A stretch of 63,860 bases of DNA from Octopus bimaculoides (lineage: Eukaryota), in assembly GCF_001194135.2 (NCBI RefSeq), contig NC_068982.1, positions 13,727,491-13,791,350 of the forward strand, read 5' to 3'. Every line of letters begins with the position of its first letter. The first letter of the stretch is position 1. The notes beneath the pieces were generated by a model, which searched no databases, was not told where the DNA came from, and saw only the letters and a list, made by a program, of their open reading frames with translations. The position numbers and the translations under genes are program-made. Positions 11,207 through 24,076 of this stretch are shown here, piece after piece.

Positions 11207-11609
11207 CCCCTATGTAGATTACAATCTCATCACTGCTCTTTTACACACACACATGCACAGCTTGTGTAAGATACCTTACAGAAAAATATTTAATTAACTG
11301 CATTAAAAAATATGTATTTATTCTATTGTGATATAATTTTGGCATTCATTTCTGTAGTGAAAGCAAGTTCGGTCTGAGAAGGGTTAAAATATGAAGAACA
11401 ACAATAAATTTCAGTTTATTCTTGTTCAAGTTTCAATTACAATGAAGATAATATTTGATTAGTTACTTGTATGTCATTAGTTCATCTAAGTAGAGCAGGT
11501 GAAGAATAACAGACAGACAGGGGGAAGTGTATTTCATTGTGGTGCCACTTACAGCTTTAGTTTTTCTTAAAGTATGAATATTTTGAAAGTTATCAAATAC
11601 AAAATTCTT

Positions 11610-11670
11610 TTATTTTCTTACTTGTTTCAGTCATTTGACTGCAGCCATGCTGGAGCACTGCCTTTAGTTG
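11610..11670 (-). mobile_element. SINE A 3' tail fragment
   Basis: cttgtttcagtcatttgactgcagccatgctggagcactgcc. Confidence 0.7.
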
Positions 11671-11738
11671 AGAAATTTTATACCGAAAAGCCAATTCACA
11701 TAGCCGTATTAATGTCACTGGGGATTCAAAACGTGCAT

Positions 11739-11976
11739 GCAGGTACAGGTATGGCTTTGGGATAAGAAGTGTGTTCCCGAACCACATGGTTCCAGGTTCA
11801 GTCTCACTGTGAGGCACCTTACAGAAAGTGTCTTCTTCTATAACCTCAGGCCTTGTAAGTGGATTTGGTAGGTGGAAACTGGAAGAAACCCATCGTGTGT
11901 GTGTGCGTGTGTCTGTCTCTGTGTGTGTGTGTGTGTGTGTGNNNNNNNNNNATCGTGTGTGTGTGCGTGTGTCTGT

Positions 11977-12015
<39 letters not shown>

Positions 12016-12310
12016 TGTCTGTCTGTGTGTGTGTCTGTATGTGTGTGTGTGTGTCGGTGTGTGTGTGTGTGTACCTGTGTGTTTGTGTGTCTTTCTGTAT
12101 GTTTTTGTCCCCCACCACCGCTTGACAACCAGTGTTGGTTTGTTTATGTCCCCATGACATAGTGTTTCAGTAACAGAAACCAGCAGCATAAGTACCAGGT
12201 TTAAAAAAGGGAAAACTAAAAGGAGCTGATTTGTTTGACTAAAAATTCTTGAAGGCTGTGCCCCAGAATGGCCACAGTCTAATGACTGAGACAAGCAAAA
12301 GATAGAGGAT
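11739..12310 (+). mobile_element. SINE A
   Basis: Head ggtatggctttgggataag...ggttcagtctc, internal (TG)n, and tail. Confidence 0.85.
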
Positions 12311-12803
12311 AGGAAGTGTACTGTGGGAGATAAAGTGAATGCAAGATGGATGGTAAGCAGTTTCTGCACAAGGAGAAGTTATGAATTTGAGAAATAGAAT
12401 GATCATGTGAAGATTCCATTTACTGAAAGCTTTATTTTAAATGGAAAGTTGCAGTAGACACACAAGAAACACAATGTTTTGATAGAAATATGATTAATAT
12501 CTGATTAATGAATCATTGTATTGATCGGTGCATTCACTCAAACCAACGAGGAAGTCTCTAAATGGTTGTTCAGTCTGGTAAAAATAGCAGTCAAATCACT
12601 GTAAAAATTACATCTTTTGCATGAACCAGTCTTTCCAAAATAAAGAGATGTGGATATTTTGGGGATTTTAAAAAAGAGAAGTGGGGAAAAGATTTTGAAA
12701 AAAAAAAAAAAAGCTGGTCAACAGACAAAAAATATTAAACATGGAGCCAAGATTTAAAAGTTTGAATGAAGGCTTCCATAGGAATTTTGAGAACTAGTGA
12801 TAT

Positions 12804-13021
12804 GCGGCTGCGTGGTAAGTAGCTTGCTTACTAACCACATGGTTCCGGGTTCAGTCCCACTTTGTGGCACCTTGGGCAAGTGTCTTCTACTATAGCCACG
12901 GGCTGACCAAAGCCTTGTGAGTGGATTTAGTAGACGGAAACTGAAAGAAGCCTGTCATATGTACATATACATANNNNNNNNNNNNNNNNNNNNNNNNNNN
13001 NNNNNNNNNNNNNNNNNNNNN

Positions 13022-13058
<37 letters not shown>

Positions 13059-13291
13059 GTATGTATGTATGTATGTATGTATATGTTTGTGTGTCTGTGT
13101 TTGTCCCCACAACATCGCTTGACAACCGATGCTGGTGTGTTTACGTCCCCGTCACTTAGTGGTTCGGCAAGAGAAACCAATAGAATAAGTACTAGGCTTG
13201 CAAAAAATATATCCTGGGGTCGATTTGCTCGACTAAAGGTGGTGCTCCAGCATGGCAGCAGTCAAATGACTGAAACAAGTAAAAGAGTAAA
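12804..13291 (+). mobile_element. SINE A
   Basis: Full family A layout; the internal microsatellite contains an N-gap. Confidence 0.9.
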
Positions 13292-13929
13292 ACAGAGAGT
13301 TTGAAAGATAACAAATGGACAGGTCTTTATATTATTCATTAAATTTCAAACATGTTCCAAAAAATGTCTTGAAAATAAAAGCAGATAAGAAATAAAAATA
13401 TAAAAATGTGAACACACAGAGACAAAAAAAAAGAAGAAAAAAATGAATCGCCAGATAATAATAGAACCATTATTCTGCTTTTGGAAAGGAATAAAAACCA
13501 CAAGGAAAGTAAATGTTTTTGTTTTTAAAGCGAAAGCTAATATAAGGAAAAACTAAAAGTACTTCACCCTTGGAAATCATAAACAGTAATCCCTTGGCTA
13601 TCATGGGTGTTATGTTCTGAGACCTCCCACTGAAATAATTAGAATCTAAAAGAATGTAAATACCTATTGGCTGCAAAAACCCGCGATATTCTGAGGAGTC
13701 TGTGATATAAATTTACATATATTAGCCAGAAAAAGCCATGATGCACTTAGGGTGTGATAGGTGAACCACGATGTGGCAAGGGATTACTGTATCTATCTTA
13801 AAAGAGTTACCAACAATGGAGACCTGACCCCAGAGATTGGCCACAATTGTGGTCTGGCTGCTGGAGTTACATACTTCCGATAGAAGCCTTTCTGGCCCCA
13901 CTGCTCTATCTCCTGGATAACGAAGCTCC

Positions 13930-14442
13930 ACATCAACCGACAAAATAACACTAAGCATTTTGCCTGGTGTGCTAACGTTTCTTATTTCTTTATTGCCCAC
14001 AAGGGGCTAAACATAGAGGGGACAAACAAGGACAGACAAATGATTAAGTCAATTACATCAACCCCAGTGCGTAAGTGGTACTTATCTAATTGATCCCAAA
14101 AGGATGAAAGGCAAGTCGACCTCAGCGGAGTTTGAACTCAGAACATGACGGCCGACGAAATACCACTAAGCATTTTGCCCGGCGTGCTAACAATTCTACC
14201 AGCTTGCCACCCAATAATAATAATAATCCTTTTTACTATAGACACAAGACCTGATATTTCGGGAAGGGGACTAGTTGATTACACTGACACCAGTGTTTCA
14301 ATGCTACTTCATTTATTGACCCAGAAAGGATTAAAGGCAAAGTTGACCTCAGCAGAACTTGATCCGAGAATGTGAAGACAGATGAAATGCTGCTAAGCAT
14401 TTTGCCCAGCCTGTTAACGATTCTGCCAGCTGACCACCTTTC

Positions 14443-14485
<43 letters not shown>

Positions 14486-14695
14486 GTTTCAAATTTTGGC
14501 ATAAGGCCAGCAGTTTTGGGAAGGAGTAAGTCGATTACATTGAACCCAGTACACAACTGGTACTTATTTTATCATCCCTGAAAGGAAGAAAGGCAAAGTT
14601 GACCTTGGCAGAATTTGAACTCAGAACATAAAGACAGATGAAATACCACTAAGCATTTTACCTGGTGTGCTAGTGATACTACCTGTTCAATGCCT
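13930..14695 (-). mobile_element. Head-to-tail stack of four SINE B copies
   Basis: Copies at about 13930-13978 (head only), 13979-14200, 14200-14440 and 14441-14695; the last two carry (AAT)n tails. Confidence 0.85.
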
Positions 14696-16956
14696 TCTTT
14701 AAGTATGTTATATCAGTAGAGATTTTTTTGTAAGAGATTTTCATATTTCCATGTAAATCCTTCGCAGTTTATTTGTTTATGTGAAACAAAGAAGTTCCTA
14801 AACTCATTGTTATCAAAATTTGCAGACTAGCCCAACCTCATCAAAGTCAGGAGTGCTGTTGCCTAATGCACTGCCTCTTTTACAGTGAGGAACTTCTGCT
14901 TCTACCAACTTATTGCAAGAATTTAGCTGCTAAGAATTTCATATTACCAGGCATGTATCTTACCCATTAGTATTATGTATCATTAATCATCTGCTTATCC
15001 TGTTTGTGTTATCTGTTTTTGATTGTGCGTTTAATTTAACTTGGTATTGTGATATGAGCATTTCTTTCATAATTAAGCCTCTCTTTTTATGAGGAATTCT
15101 ATTTAGTGTGGGTGTAATATCTATTAACATTTTCTATCTAGTTTTGTTTATGATGTGCAGTATTGTAATTCCTGCTTATTGTTTATGCATAAGGGAGTGC
15201 TGTGCTCATATGGTTAATGTAACAGTTAGAATCATCAAGTTTACAACTTATAGATTTACAGGTGAATTTATAAATTATGAATGATGACATGTAATTATAA
15301 AGGCCAAAATATATACTTGATACTGTGGGACTCTGTCAAGTTCAGACAGTAAAGCCTGCATAAATAAAAGTCACCTGTTATGTAGGTGGCAGTTTATAAG
15401 CGAACAACACTTTATATTCAGATGATGAGACAGAGACAGTTTGACAACACCAATAACAATGAATTCAAGAACTTCATCTTGGAACTAAGTGAACTGGGCG
15501 ATCATATACAGAAATACAAAAATATCTTCATAAGAAAGATTAAATTGGAAATTCTGTTTTTGATATGTCTAAAAGAAATATTGTTTCCCACATACACAAA
15601 TACACATACACACATATATATATACACACACGTTATATTATATTGAATTATTTTATATTAATAGGAGTAATAGTAGCTTTATTAAGAAGCATTAGAATTG
15701 ACTCAACTGTGAAACTGCACTTCCTGTCTAATTTTACTGCAGTATTAGGATGATTTACCTCATAATGAAAACTAATCAACTGCCACATTAATTTCTACCG
15801 TAAGTAGTAGTAATAAATTTTTAAGACTATAAAAACGATAGTGGTATTCAATAAAATAATAATTTTAATTACTGTTTTGTAAAAGAAAAAGAAAATAGAA
15901 ATTTGTTTTGAAAACTATTTTCTAGAATTATAATTTGTTTGTGAGAGTGTTTTGTAAAATGCTTTGTATGTGATGTAGCTTGTACAATTGTTTATAATTA
16001 AATGACTGGAATAAATAGGAAAATGTTTTTGTGTCTGAAGTGATAGAGTGAGGGCCCACCAACTGTGGAGTTAAAGGTTATTATTGCTTCGTTGGTCAGA
16101 CATTTAACTCTGAATGGCCCTATAGAAACACTGAATATTGAACAAAGAGTTTCATTAGTTTTGCAGCCTAAGGTTTAAATTTTCCATACAGACTGAAGTA
16201 AACAACAAGGAACTTCTCAAGTGCAATATATCTTGAAAATTCAATAGAAATTACAAGATCTTCAAAGGTCAGAATTGAAATCAGCTAGGGAGTTAGTTGC
16301 TAACAGTAAAAAGTTATAAATTCTAAAGAATATTAAATATACTTTATAATAATACCTTGCTTATAGACCATGCAGTTTAGAAATAAATATTTAATTCACA
16401 ATAGGGGAAAAATTCATGATATTATAAATAAAAATCAGAAGAAAAATATGAGCCAGAAGCCATCTATATTAAAACATTAGATAAAAATGTAATATCAGCT
16501 GACTTTTTTTATCAACTTTAGAAGTGAACTCTTTGAAAATTCAATTATAAAATATAGTTTTCTATGTATTAAATTCTGTGGTTACTGAGTTCATACACAG
16601 AAGGATTTTTTAATACTAACTAGTGTAACCATTAGTTTAACATGAACTTTTAACAAAAAAAGTTCTATTTACACTTGTTTTACTCGAAAGTTCTCAAATT
16701 ACACTATCTGCTACTGACTTGAAGAAAAAAATATTCTCTACTATTGAAGAATTATAATAACTTCAGGATGAAGTATAAATTATCATGAATAGGAATTAAT
16801 ACTCAATTCTAGATGATGACAGAAGGCCACAGACTACCAGTTTCATTTTATCGAATTCTGAGAGCTGAAAAGCAGTTGGTTTTATTCAGTTACAAAACTG
16901 TATTTTCTTCTTTTAAAAATGAAATGAATTTAGGCGATAATTTCAAACACCATGTA

Positions 16957-17365
16957 TTTACTCCCTGTTTTGTTTCAGTCATCTGACTGTGGCCATGCTG
17001 CAGCACCGCCTTTAGTCGAGCAAATCGACCCCAGGACTTATTCTTTGGAAGCCTAGTACTTATTCTATCGGTCTCTTTTTGCCGAACCACTAAGTTACGG
17101 GGATGTAAACACCCCAGCATCGGTTGTCAAGCGATGGTGGGAGTGGGACAAACACAGGCACACAAACACACATACATATATATATATATACATATATATA
17201 CGACGGGCTTCTTTCAGTTTCCGTCTACCAAATCCACTCACAAGGCTTTGGTCGGGCCCGAGGCTATAGCAGAAGACACTTGCCCAAGGTGCCATGCAGT
17301 GGGACTGAACTCAGAACCATGTGGTTGGTAAGCAAGCTACTTACCACACAGCCACTCCTGCACCT
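16957..17365 (-). mobile_element. SINE A
   Basis: Near-identical to 1959-2420. Confidence 0.92.
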
Positions 17366-18019
17366 ATATTGTTAGTAATTATATTGAAGTTACAAAAGAA
17401 AACCCCTAAAAATTATGGAAACTGAATTGCCGAAGATTGAATAAGTATTTCGTTGAACTCAGAACATTGGCAGAATGGAACAAGATACAACTCAGTGTTT
17501 ATTTCATCTCTCACCTTTTTGAACCCTATTTTTCATAATTTGTATTAATTGCGTAGGTTGGTATGAAATTTTTAAACTTAATACTGGATATCTCACCATA
17601 AGAGTGACACTTGGAATATCTTGAATATATCTGAAATTGACTGAAATATACAGATGTGTTTCATTAGAAATAGGTCCTAAATGATTAATGCTATTTAAGA
17701 AACTAAATTTATTTTAACTCAGAAAGCACAAAGCTAGAACAGATATTGCAAAGCATTTCATCCAATGCTCTGAGAATTATATTGATCCTTTACTCTGTAT
17801 TTTTTTTGGTGGGGTGGTCTTTTGGTCTTTTTTTTTTTTTGTCATTCTACCAGTTTTTTTTTTTTTTTGTCATTCTACCCAGGTCAGCTTTGCCTTTTGT
17901 CCTTTTGAGGTACCCAAAGAGATAAATGGTAAAACTGACTTTGGCAATATTTGAACTTAGAGAGTTGGGACAAATACCACAAGGCATTCCATGCAGCACT
18001 CTAACAGACTATGGTACAT

Positions 18020-18110
18020 AGTGCAGCTACTGGCCTTGCCATCTCCTGTCAAACTGTCCAATCCGTGCCAACAGTGAAAACAGATGTGAACTGATGATGT
18101 TGATGACATT
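18020..18110 (+). mobile_element. Family C 3' end fragment
   Basis: tcaaactgtccaatccgtgccaacagtgaaaacagatgtgaactgatgatg. Confidence 0.6.
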
Positions 18111-18189
18111 AATTACTACACCTGTACACCAAGGACAGGTGTAGCAATTAATAATAGATATAATGGAGATAATAATAGTTTATAATGGA

Positions 18190-18430
18190 GCAACAAGAGC
18201 TGATCTAAAAGTATCTGGACTGGTGCTATAAAAAGAAAACTACAAGACATATCATTTTGGCATTTCATCTCCTTCGAAGTAGCCCCCTTCTGAATCCATG
18301 CACATTATCCAGTGTTGTTCCCATTAGTAGAAGCATTCCTGGAACTCCTGTTTTGGGGATAGCGAGCAACTGCATCCTCTTGGATTTCCTTAACATCTTG
18401 AAATCTTTTTCCTTGCAAGTGAGGTTTGAT
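18190..18430 (-). mobile_element. mariner 3' remnant
   Basis: Minus strand reads FSKIKPHLQGKRFQDVKEIQE...(frameshift)QEFQECFY*WEQHWIMCMDSEGGYFEGDE; TIR-like gatctaaaagtatctggactgg. Confidence 0.8.
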
Positions 18431-19129
18431 TTTTGAAAAGATTCTTGACCATAAATAACCTTCAAGCCATGTCTCTTTCTCTGTTCACACACACACACAC
18501 ACACACATATACATACACATTTTCTCTGCTGTGGTCACTGATGGAACATCTGGGGTGTGACCACATTCTAAACACTTTACTTTGAAGCACTGCTATAAAC
18601 AATGAAAGTGAGCAGGAAGGTCATAACTTACTGTTCATGCTCATCAGAGTTGAAGGTCAATCTGTACCAAGTGGCTTTACTCCGCATATTTTAGTTCCAT
18701 TACCTTGGCAACAGTCCCAATACTTTTTGATCAGACCTCGTATGCTTACAATTCCGTCACTAGAGATATAATGCATTGTTGAGCAAGAAACCTAACACTT
18801 AATAGCTAAGTCCACTTTTGGAAACTTATAAGGAGGAACAAATTATTGATTTTAGTGAAATATATTGCATAATTGATAGGCATTGTCATTATTTTGAAGT
18901 GGTACCTTATAAGTACTCCATGGGGTACTATAACCATAAGTGTGTCATAAGTAGTAGGGTCAGTGATTGCTAATTTCATAAGAATGTTTTATTTTCTTGG
19001 TTTCAGGCAATTTAAATGAATCAGAGAAATGTATAAGGATTACTACAATTATATCAGGTTGGGCAACCATGTATTTTCTTTGCGGTAGTACACCTGTTTC
19101 TGTCTTCATTCTTGATCTTTTTCTCTCTG

Positions 19130-19545
19130 GCCGGGTAACTTTGTACTTCCTCTACAGCAAGACACCTGCATCTGTCTCTATAACCTTTTCATCATCACCT
19201 CCTCTCCTCGTAAAAGTCTTTTGTCTTGCAGTTACTTAGTGACCCTATCAGGGCAGGTGACACTTAAAAGCACCCAGTCCACACTGTAAAGTGGTTGGTG
19301 TTTGGAAGGGCATCCAGCTGTAAAAACATTGCCAAAACTGACCTCGCCTGTGCTTGTGCCATGTAAAAAGCATGAAGTCCACTCTGCTGAGTGATTGGTG
19401 TTAGGAAGGGCATCCAGCTGTAAATATCCTGCCAAAGCAGTCACAGAAGTCTAGTGCAGGCTTCGGCCTGGCCAGCTCTTGTGGTACCGTCCTACCCATG
19501 CTAGCATGGAACACGGACGTTAAATGATGATGCTGATGATGATAA
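19130..19545 (+). mobile_element. Family C with duplicated 3' core
   Basis: Two gRttggtgttDggaagggcatccagctgtaaa blocks (about 19293 and 19392), the ccatgctagcatgg palindrome and a (GAT)n tail. Confidence 0.85.
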
Positions 19546-20523
19546 CCTACCTTACCACAAAATCTTTGGCATCATACCTGCCTGACAATAGCAAAGTTAT
19601 TCTTCACATAAGACACAGTGACATAACAAACAATGCATGGAACTGGACTGCTTGTTAAATGAGAGAGAGGTTGTTACTGCAAAATATGACTTTATCAATC
19701 CAGCATAAAGGATCTTCAGAAACATCATTATAATATTGCTTCAAAAAGGGATTAAAAGTAATATTATACACAAGAAAAAGCAAAGCAAAATAAACCAAAT
19801 TCAGAATTTCATATATTAATTGCATTTTTCTGAATATTGGCAGAAACTTTAATATCAACATTAACTTATTTTGAAAAACCTTATATATATATTGTTTCCT
19901 AATTGATTTTCTTGGAAGAAAATGTATGTAAGATTGGGATAAAAAGTTATTTTCAGTATTTGAAGGAATGGACTGCTGGCGATTAATGAGCCATTAAAAA
20001 ACCATTAGCAAGACATTTCAAGAACCTGATTTTGGTTTTATAGACAAATGCCTAGATAAGAGATAGTGAAGATTCTATATAATGTCTTGTCCAATCAATA
20101 TTTTCTCCAATAACGATTTCATGTGAATGGAAAATAAAACAAATAAAAATGAAAGTTTGAATGGAAAACAAATGCTAAAATGAAAAGAAAAGAGAATATT
20201 TCATTAGAGTCTTCCTTTGAGGAATGTCTGCATAGGTAATATCACTCTTTCTGCTGAAATCTTTTGGTGTTTACTGATTGTGTTGAAATATTTTTTACAT
20301 TTATTTTATATTATTTCACTTCTTTATTCATTTTTCTTTGTTTTTTTTAAATAGTCTTCTCTCAAATAGCTTCTAAAAGCCAAATTTTAAACTTTCAGTA
20401 GTTTTCACTTAAGGCAATATTTTATATATATATACACACTTATTATGGAAACATATGCATGCATGTTGATATATATGCATATATGTATGTATATATGCGC
20501 ATATATATATATATATATATAAT

Positions 20524-20924
20524 AGGCGTAGGAGTGGCTGTGTGGTAAGTAGCTTGCTTACCAACCACATGGTCCCGGGTTCAGTCCCACTGCGTGGCAT
20601 CTTGGGCAAGTGCCTTCTACTATAGCCTCGGGCCGACCAATGCCTTGTGAGTGGATTTGGTAGACGGAAACTGAAAGAAGCCCATCGTATATGTGTATGT
20701 GTGTGTTTGTATGTCTGTGTTTGTCCCCCCAACATCGCTTGACAACCGATGCTGGTGTGTTTATGTCCCCGTAACTTAGTGGTTCGGCAAAAGAGACCGA
20801 TAGAATAAGTACTAGGCTTCCAAAGAATAAGTCCTGGGGTCGATTTCTTCGACTAAAGGCGGTGCTCCAGCATGGCCGCAGTCAAAAGACTGAAACAAGT
20901 AAAAGTGTAAAAGTGTAAAAGTGT
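20524..20924 (+). mobile_element. SINE A (young-looking)
   Basis: Complete head-to-tail copy ending in (aaaagtgt)n. Confidence 0.93.
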
Positions 20925-21134
20925 ATATACATACATATATATATATATACACATACATGTATATATATATAAATATATATTCATATATGCACTTATGTGC
21001 ATGCATATATAAATATATGTGTTATATATATATACATATATGCTAGCATTGACCGACGATGGACATTAAATAATGATGATATACATATATATGTGTCTGT
21101 ATGTATATATACATACATATATATACACACACAA

Positions 21135-21174
<40 letters not shown>

Positions 21175-21249
21175 GTGCTTACTAGACATGTATGTATTTA
21201 TGTATATATCTATCTTTCTACTATCTATTACCTATCTATCTATCTATCT

Positions 21250-21289
<40 letters not shown>

Positions 21290-21290
21290 G
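20925..21290. repeat. (TA)n/(TATC)n microsatellite field
   Basis: Visible in sequence. Confidence 0.9.
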
Positions 21291-21621
21291 AGGGAATGCA
21301 GAGACATGTAAAAGTAACAAACTTTTGCAAGGAGCAAAACACAACAATTGTTGCATGTTTAATGTGGTTACGACTGCCATTGGTTTGGTGTGATGGCTGC
21401 TTGGATAACAGCAACAGTATACTATGAAGCATTTCAAATTTACATCAACTTTTCAGGTTGTTTCAGCACTGCTGGATGACTGAAAGTACTGTTAAAAATA
21501 CTGAAAATGTAGACATCTCTGGCTGACAACCAATAGAGGAAGTGTCCTCTAGTGTAAGCCATATGGAAGTATATGCATGCAAAACTCACACATATAGATT
21601 TATATATATGTATGTGTATAG

Positions 21622-21661
<40 letters not shown>

Positions 21662-21689
21662 TGTAAATGCAAAAATAAAAACAAAGCAC

Positions 21690-22430
21690 AAAGGATTCTG
21701 CGGTACACATGTTTCAAGCTTTATAGTTGTTACATCAGTGTATAATTGACATTATAAAGCTGTCTTCAGCCGCAAATGTATTTTCTCTCAAGAATTATAT
21801 CACATAGACGTTAAAGGAGGAAGAAAGATGAGATATAAGAGGTGAGGTTCCATTTGGTATTTTGCATCGTAGAATTCTTAATTTGATATATTTATACATA
21901 ATTTCCTCGGTACTCCGGAATCCGTCCATACCTTGCCACAATTCAGTGTGTCGTGAACAATACTATTTTATATTAGTTAGAAGGGTAGTGTTAAAGGAGG
22001 GAATAAGTTGGTGGTTAAAACAATATAACAAAAATGAAATAATAATATAAAACAAAGTAAGGAATATAAAATACTAAGAAGAAAAAAAAATATACACAGA
22101 TATTCATACAAAAATAAGAATAAAAGGAATCAAATCGGTGGGGTGGGTAATCTAAGAAACAATAAGAGAAAATCTGGATAGTAAAGTAAGATACATCTAA
22201 GCTATTTAGACGGGTTGGAGAAGGGTAATGAGGAGAAATCTAAATGTAGAAGAAGATAAAAAGAAAAATAGATATAGATACAGAGATCTTAAAGGTCGTA
22301 AGGGATAGATATATATGAGCTGTGTTTGCCTATATCAGTGGTGGGTCGTAAATAAGTAGTGTCAGGTTAGAGTAAACTTGAAATATGATATTCTTGTGGT
22401 GAGTGGTCAACCTAGGTGAATTACAACTTA
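21690..22430 (-). mobile_element. Probable PLE 3' UTR/pLTR fragment
   Basis: Strand-biased pyrimidine-rich tract ending in the hammerhead at 21697-21776; no ORF remains, so the class is inferred. Confidence 0.45.
21697..21776 (-). ncRNA. Hammerhead ribozyme motif (type I), catalytic core intact
   Basis: Minus strand: tttgcgg-CTGAAGA-c-agctttata[27 nt]tataaagct-t-GAAAC-atgt-GTA-ccgcaga; stem I 7 bp, stem II 9 bp. Confidence 0.8.
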
Positions 22431-22469
22431 ATTATATATATATATATATATAATATAAATAATATATAA

Positions 22470-23010
22470 ACATATGCATATATCCATACCTACATTTATA
22501 TGTATACATACATGCATATATGGGTACAGGACATCACAAAAACATGTTAAACACAATGAGAAACGAAAACATAAACACGAAAACAGAAAACGAACTTTTT
22601 TCGAACAACGAAAAAACAGGGAAGCATATACATATATGTATGGACATATATATATGGATTTACTTTTCGTAATGAGATAAAAATACCAAGGCTGTGTAGA
22701 TTTTAGAACATTTATAAATAGAAGGTCTTACAGCTGTTTCCAGGATATTTATTATATCCCTTCATCGGAGACGGTGTGAGAAGATGGTTAAGCAATAGTT
22801 AATTTAGATAAGATACGGAATAGAGAGTGAATTGGAGGAACGAAAATAGATGTGTGATATGCAGGGATATTGTATTTGTAAATCCATTATTTAGGTAGAA
22901 TAGTATACATATAAGATTCCAATACCTTATGAGTAAAATCCAATAGTCTTTAAAATTGGTCATTCCAAGTATAGAGTTTATACACAGTATTATTGAATCA
23001 AGGGTTTTAT
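22470..23010 (-). mobile_element. Probable PLE pLTR fragment (second family)
   Basis: Contains the hammerhead at 22724-22772; class inferred. Confidence 0.5.
22724..22772 (-). ncRNA. Minimal hammerhead motif with palindromic stem III (U4>C)
   Basis: Minus strand: gtct-CCGATGA-a-gggata/tatcct-g-GAAAC-agct-GTA-agac. Confidence 0.7.
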
Positions 23011-23029
23011 ATATATATATTGTGGCATT

Positions 23030-23172
23030 TTGTTCCGTATAGCATCCAGCTGTAAAAATCCTGCCAAAATAGTCACAGAAATCTGGTGCAGGCTTCAGCC
23101 TGGCCGGCTCTTGTAGCACCTTCCCACCTATGCTAACAAGACAGACGTTAAATGATGATGATGACGATGATG
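23030..23172 (+). mobile_element. Family C 3' end
   Basis: catccagctgtaaaaatcctgcc...gacgttaaatgatgatg. Confidence 0.75.
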
Positions 23173-23354
23173 ACTATGATATATATATATATATATATAT
23201 ATATCATCATCATCATCATCATCATTGCCGAGGTTCAATTTGTCTTTCATTCTTTCGATAAAATAAGCACTGCTGGGGGAGGGGTTCAGTAGGTCTTGTG
23301 CCGAAAATTTGAAACCAATATAAAATATATGTGTGTGTGTTTACCGTTTTACAA

Positions 23355-23832
23355 AATTAATTGATAGTGCTTTATGAAGGACCAAGTCCAGCCGGCAATG
23401 TACGAATGCTTGTGCTTGACTGTTCAACCATTTCATGCAAGGTCTCACCTTCCACAACAAAATGTCTCTCTGATCGTGACTTGTCTACGAGGCAAGCGTC
23501 ACTTTCCTTGAAACATCTCATCCAGTTTTGTGCCATTTATTCGATGACTATTCTTGAATCTTCCACATCATCATCTTTCTTTTGCTGCTGCCATTAAACT
23601 CAATCCTTTTTTACCTCAGGTAACGTAAAATCGCTCTCATCGCAATTCGTTTTGTATCACTCACCATCAAAGCTGTAAGATAAAGAACAAACAGTGAACG
23701 TTAATATGTTATAAAAGAAAATAAAGAATAAGCAACGAGTGGACAAGTTGTATCAAATTAATCATAACATGGCGATAGAAGTTGCCAAAAATCATCAGTG
23801 AAAATCCGAAAAGACTTTCGGCTCAACCTGGT
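23355..23832 (-). mobile_element. mariner 5' remnant (TIR + N-terminal HTH)
   Basis: TIR caggttgagccgaaagtcttttcgg; ATG at 23667: MVSDTKRIAMRAIL...AQNWMRCFKESDACLVDKSRSER. Confidence 0.8.
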
Positions 23833-23892
23833 ATATATATATATATATATATATAAACTCACATTCGCTAGCTTTCTTACAAAGGGGTTTAA

Positions 23893-24076
23893 TGCTCTTA
23901 GCTTAGACATTTTTAGGGGAAATCAGATCGAACCATTTCAAGTGTAAATGCCCGTAACGGTCGTGATTTCTGGGACTTGATTGGGAAATGAAGGCCTTCT
24001 AATTGTTGTTTCTCTTGTCCGCCTTGTATCGTCTATATGTCCGAATGTTTTATTGTACTCTACTGCGTTTTTGTTC
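23893..24076 (+). repeat. Interspersed repeat family F (unclassified)
   Basis: gctcttagcttaga...cagatcgaac...gtatcgtctat.tgtccgaatgttttattgt, shared with 46257-46470 and 59336-59555. Confidence 0.75.

Noticed and set aside
11892-12001. Exact 50-bp direct duplication in (TG)n
   Set aside because: Same artefact around the 10-N gap at 11942-11951.
15386-15646. ORF VAVYKRTTLYIQMMRQRQFD... as a plus-strand exon
   Set aside because: Plausible acceptor but no convincing donor or recognisable homology; it runs into microsatellite.
18600-18655. Minus-strand caactCTGATGAgcatgaac...gttatg resembling the 37.5-kb hammerhead
   Set aside because: A stem II-like hairpin is present but there is no GAAA, stem III or cleavage site; at most a truncated half.
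20524-20600. tRNA gene at SINE heads
   Set aside because: A and B boxes are present, but there is no cloverleaf and the sequence continues into SINE body.
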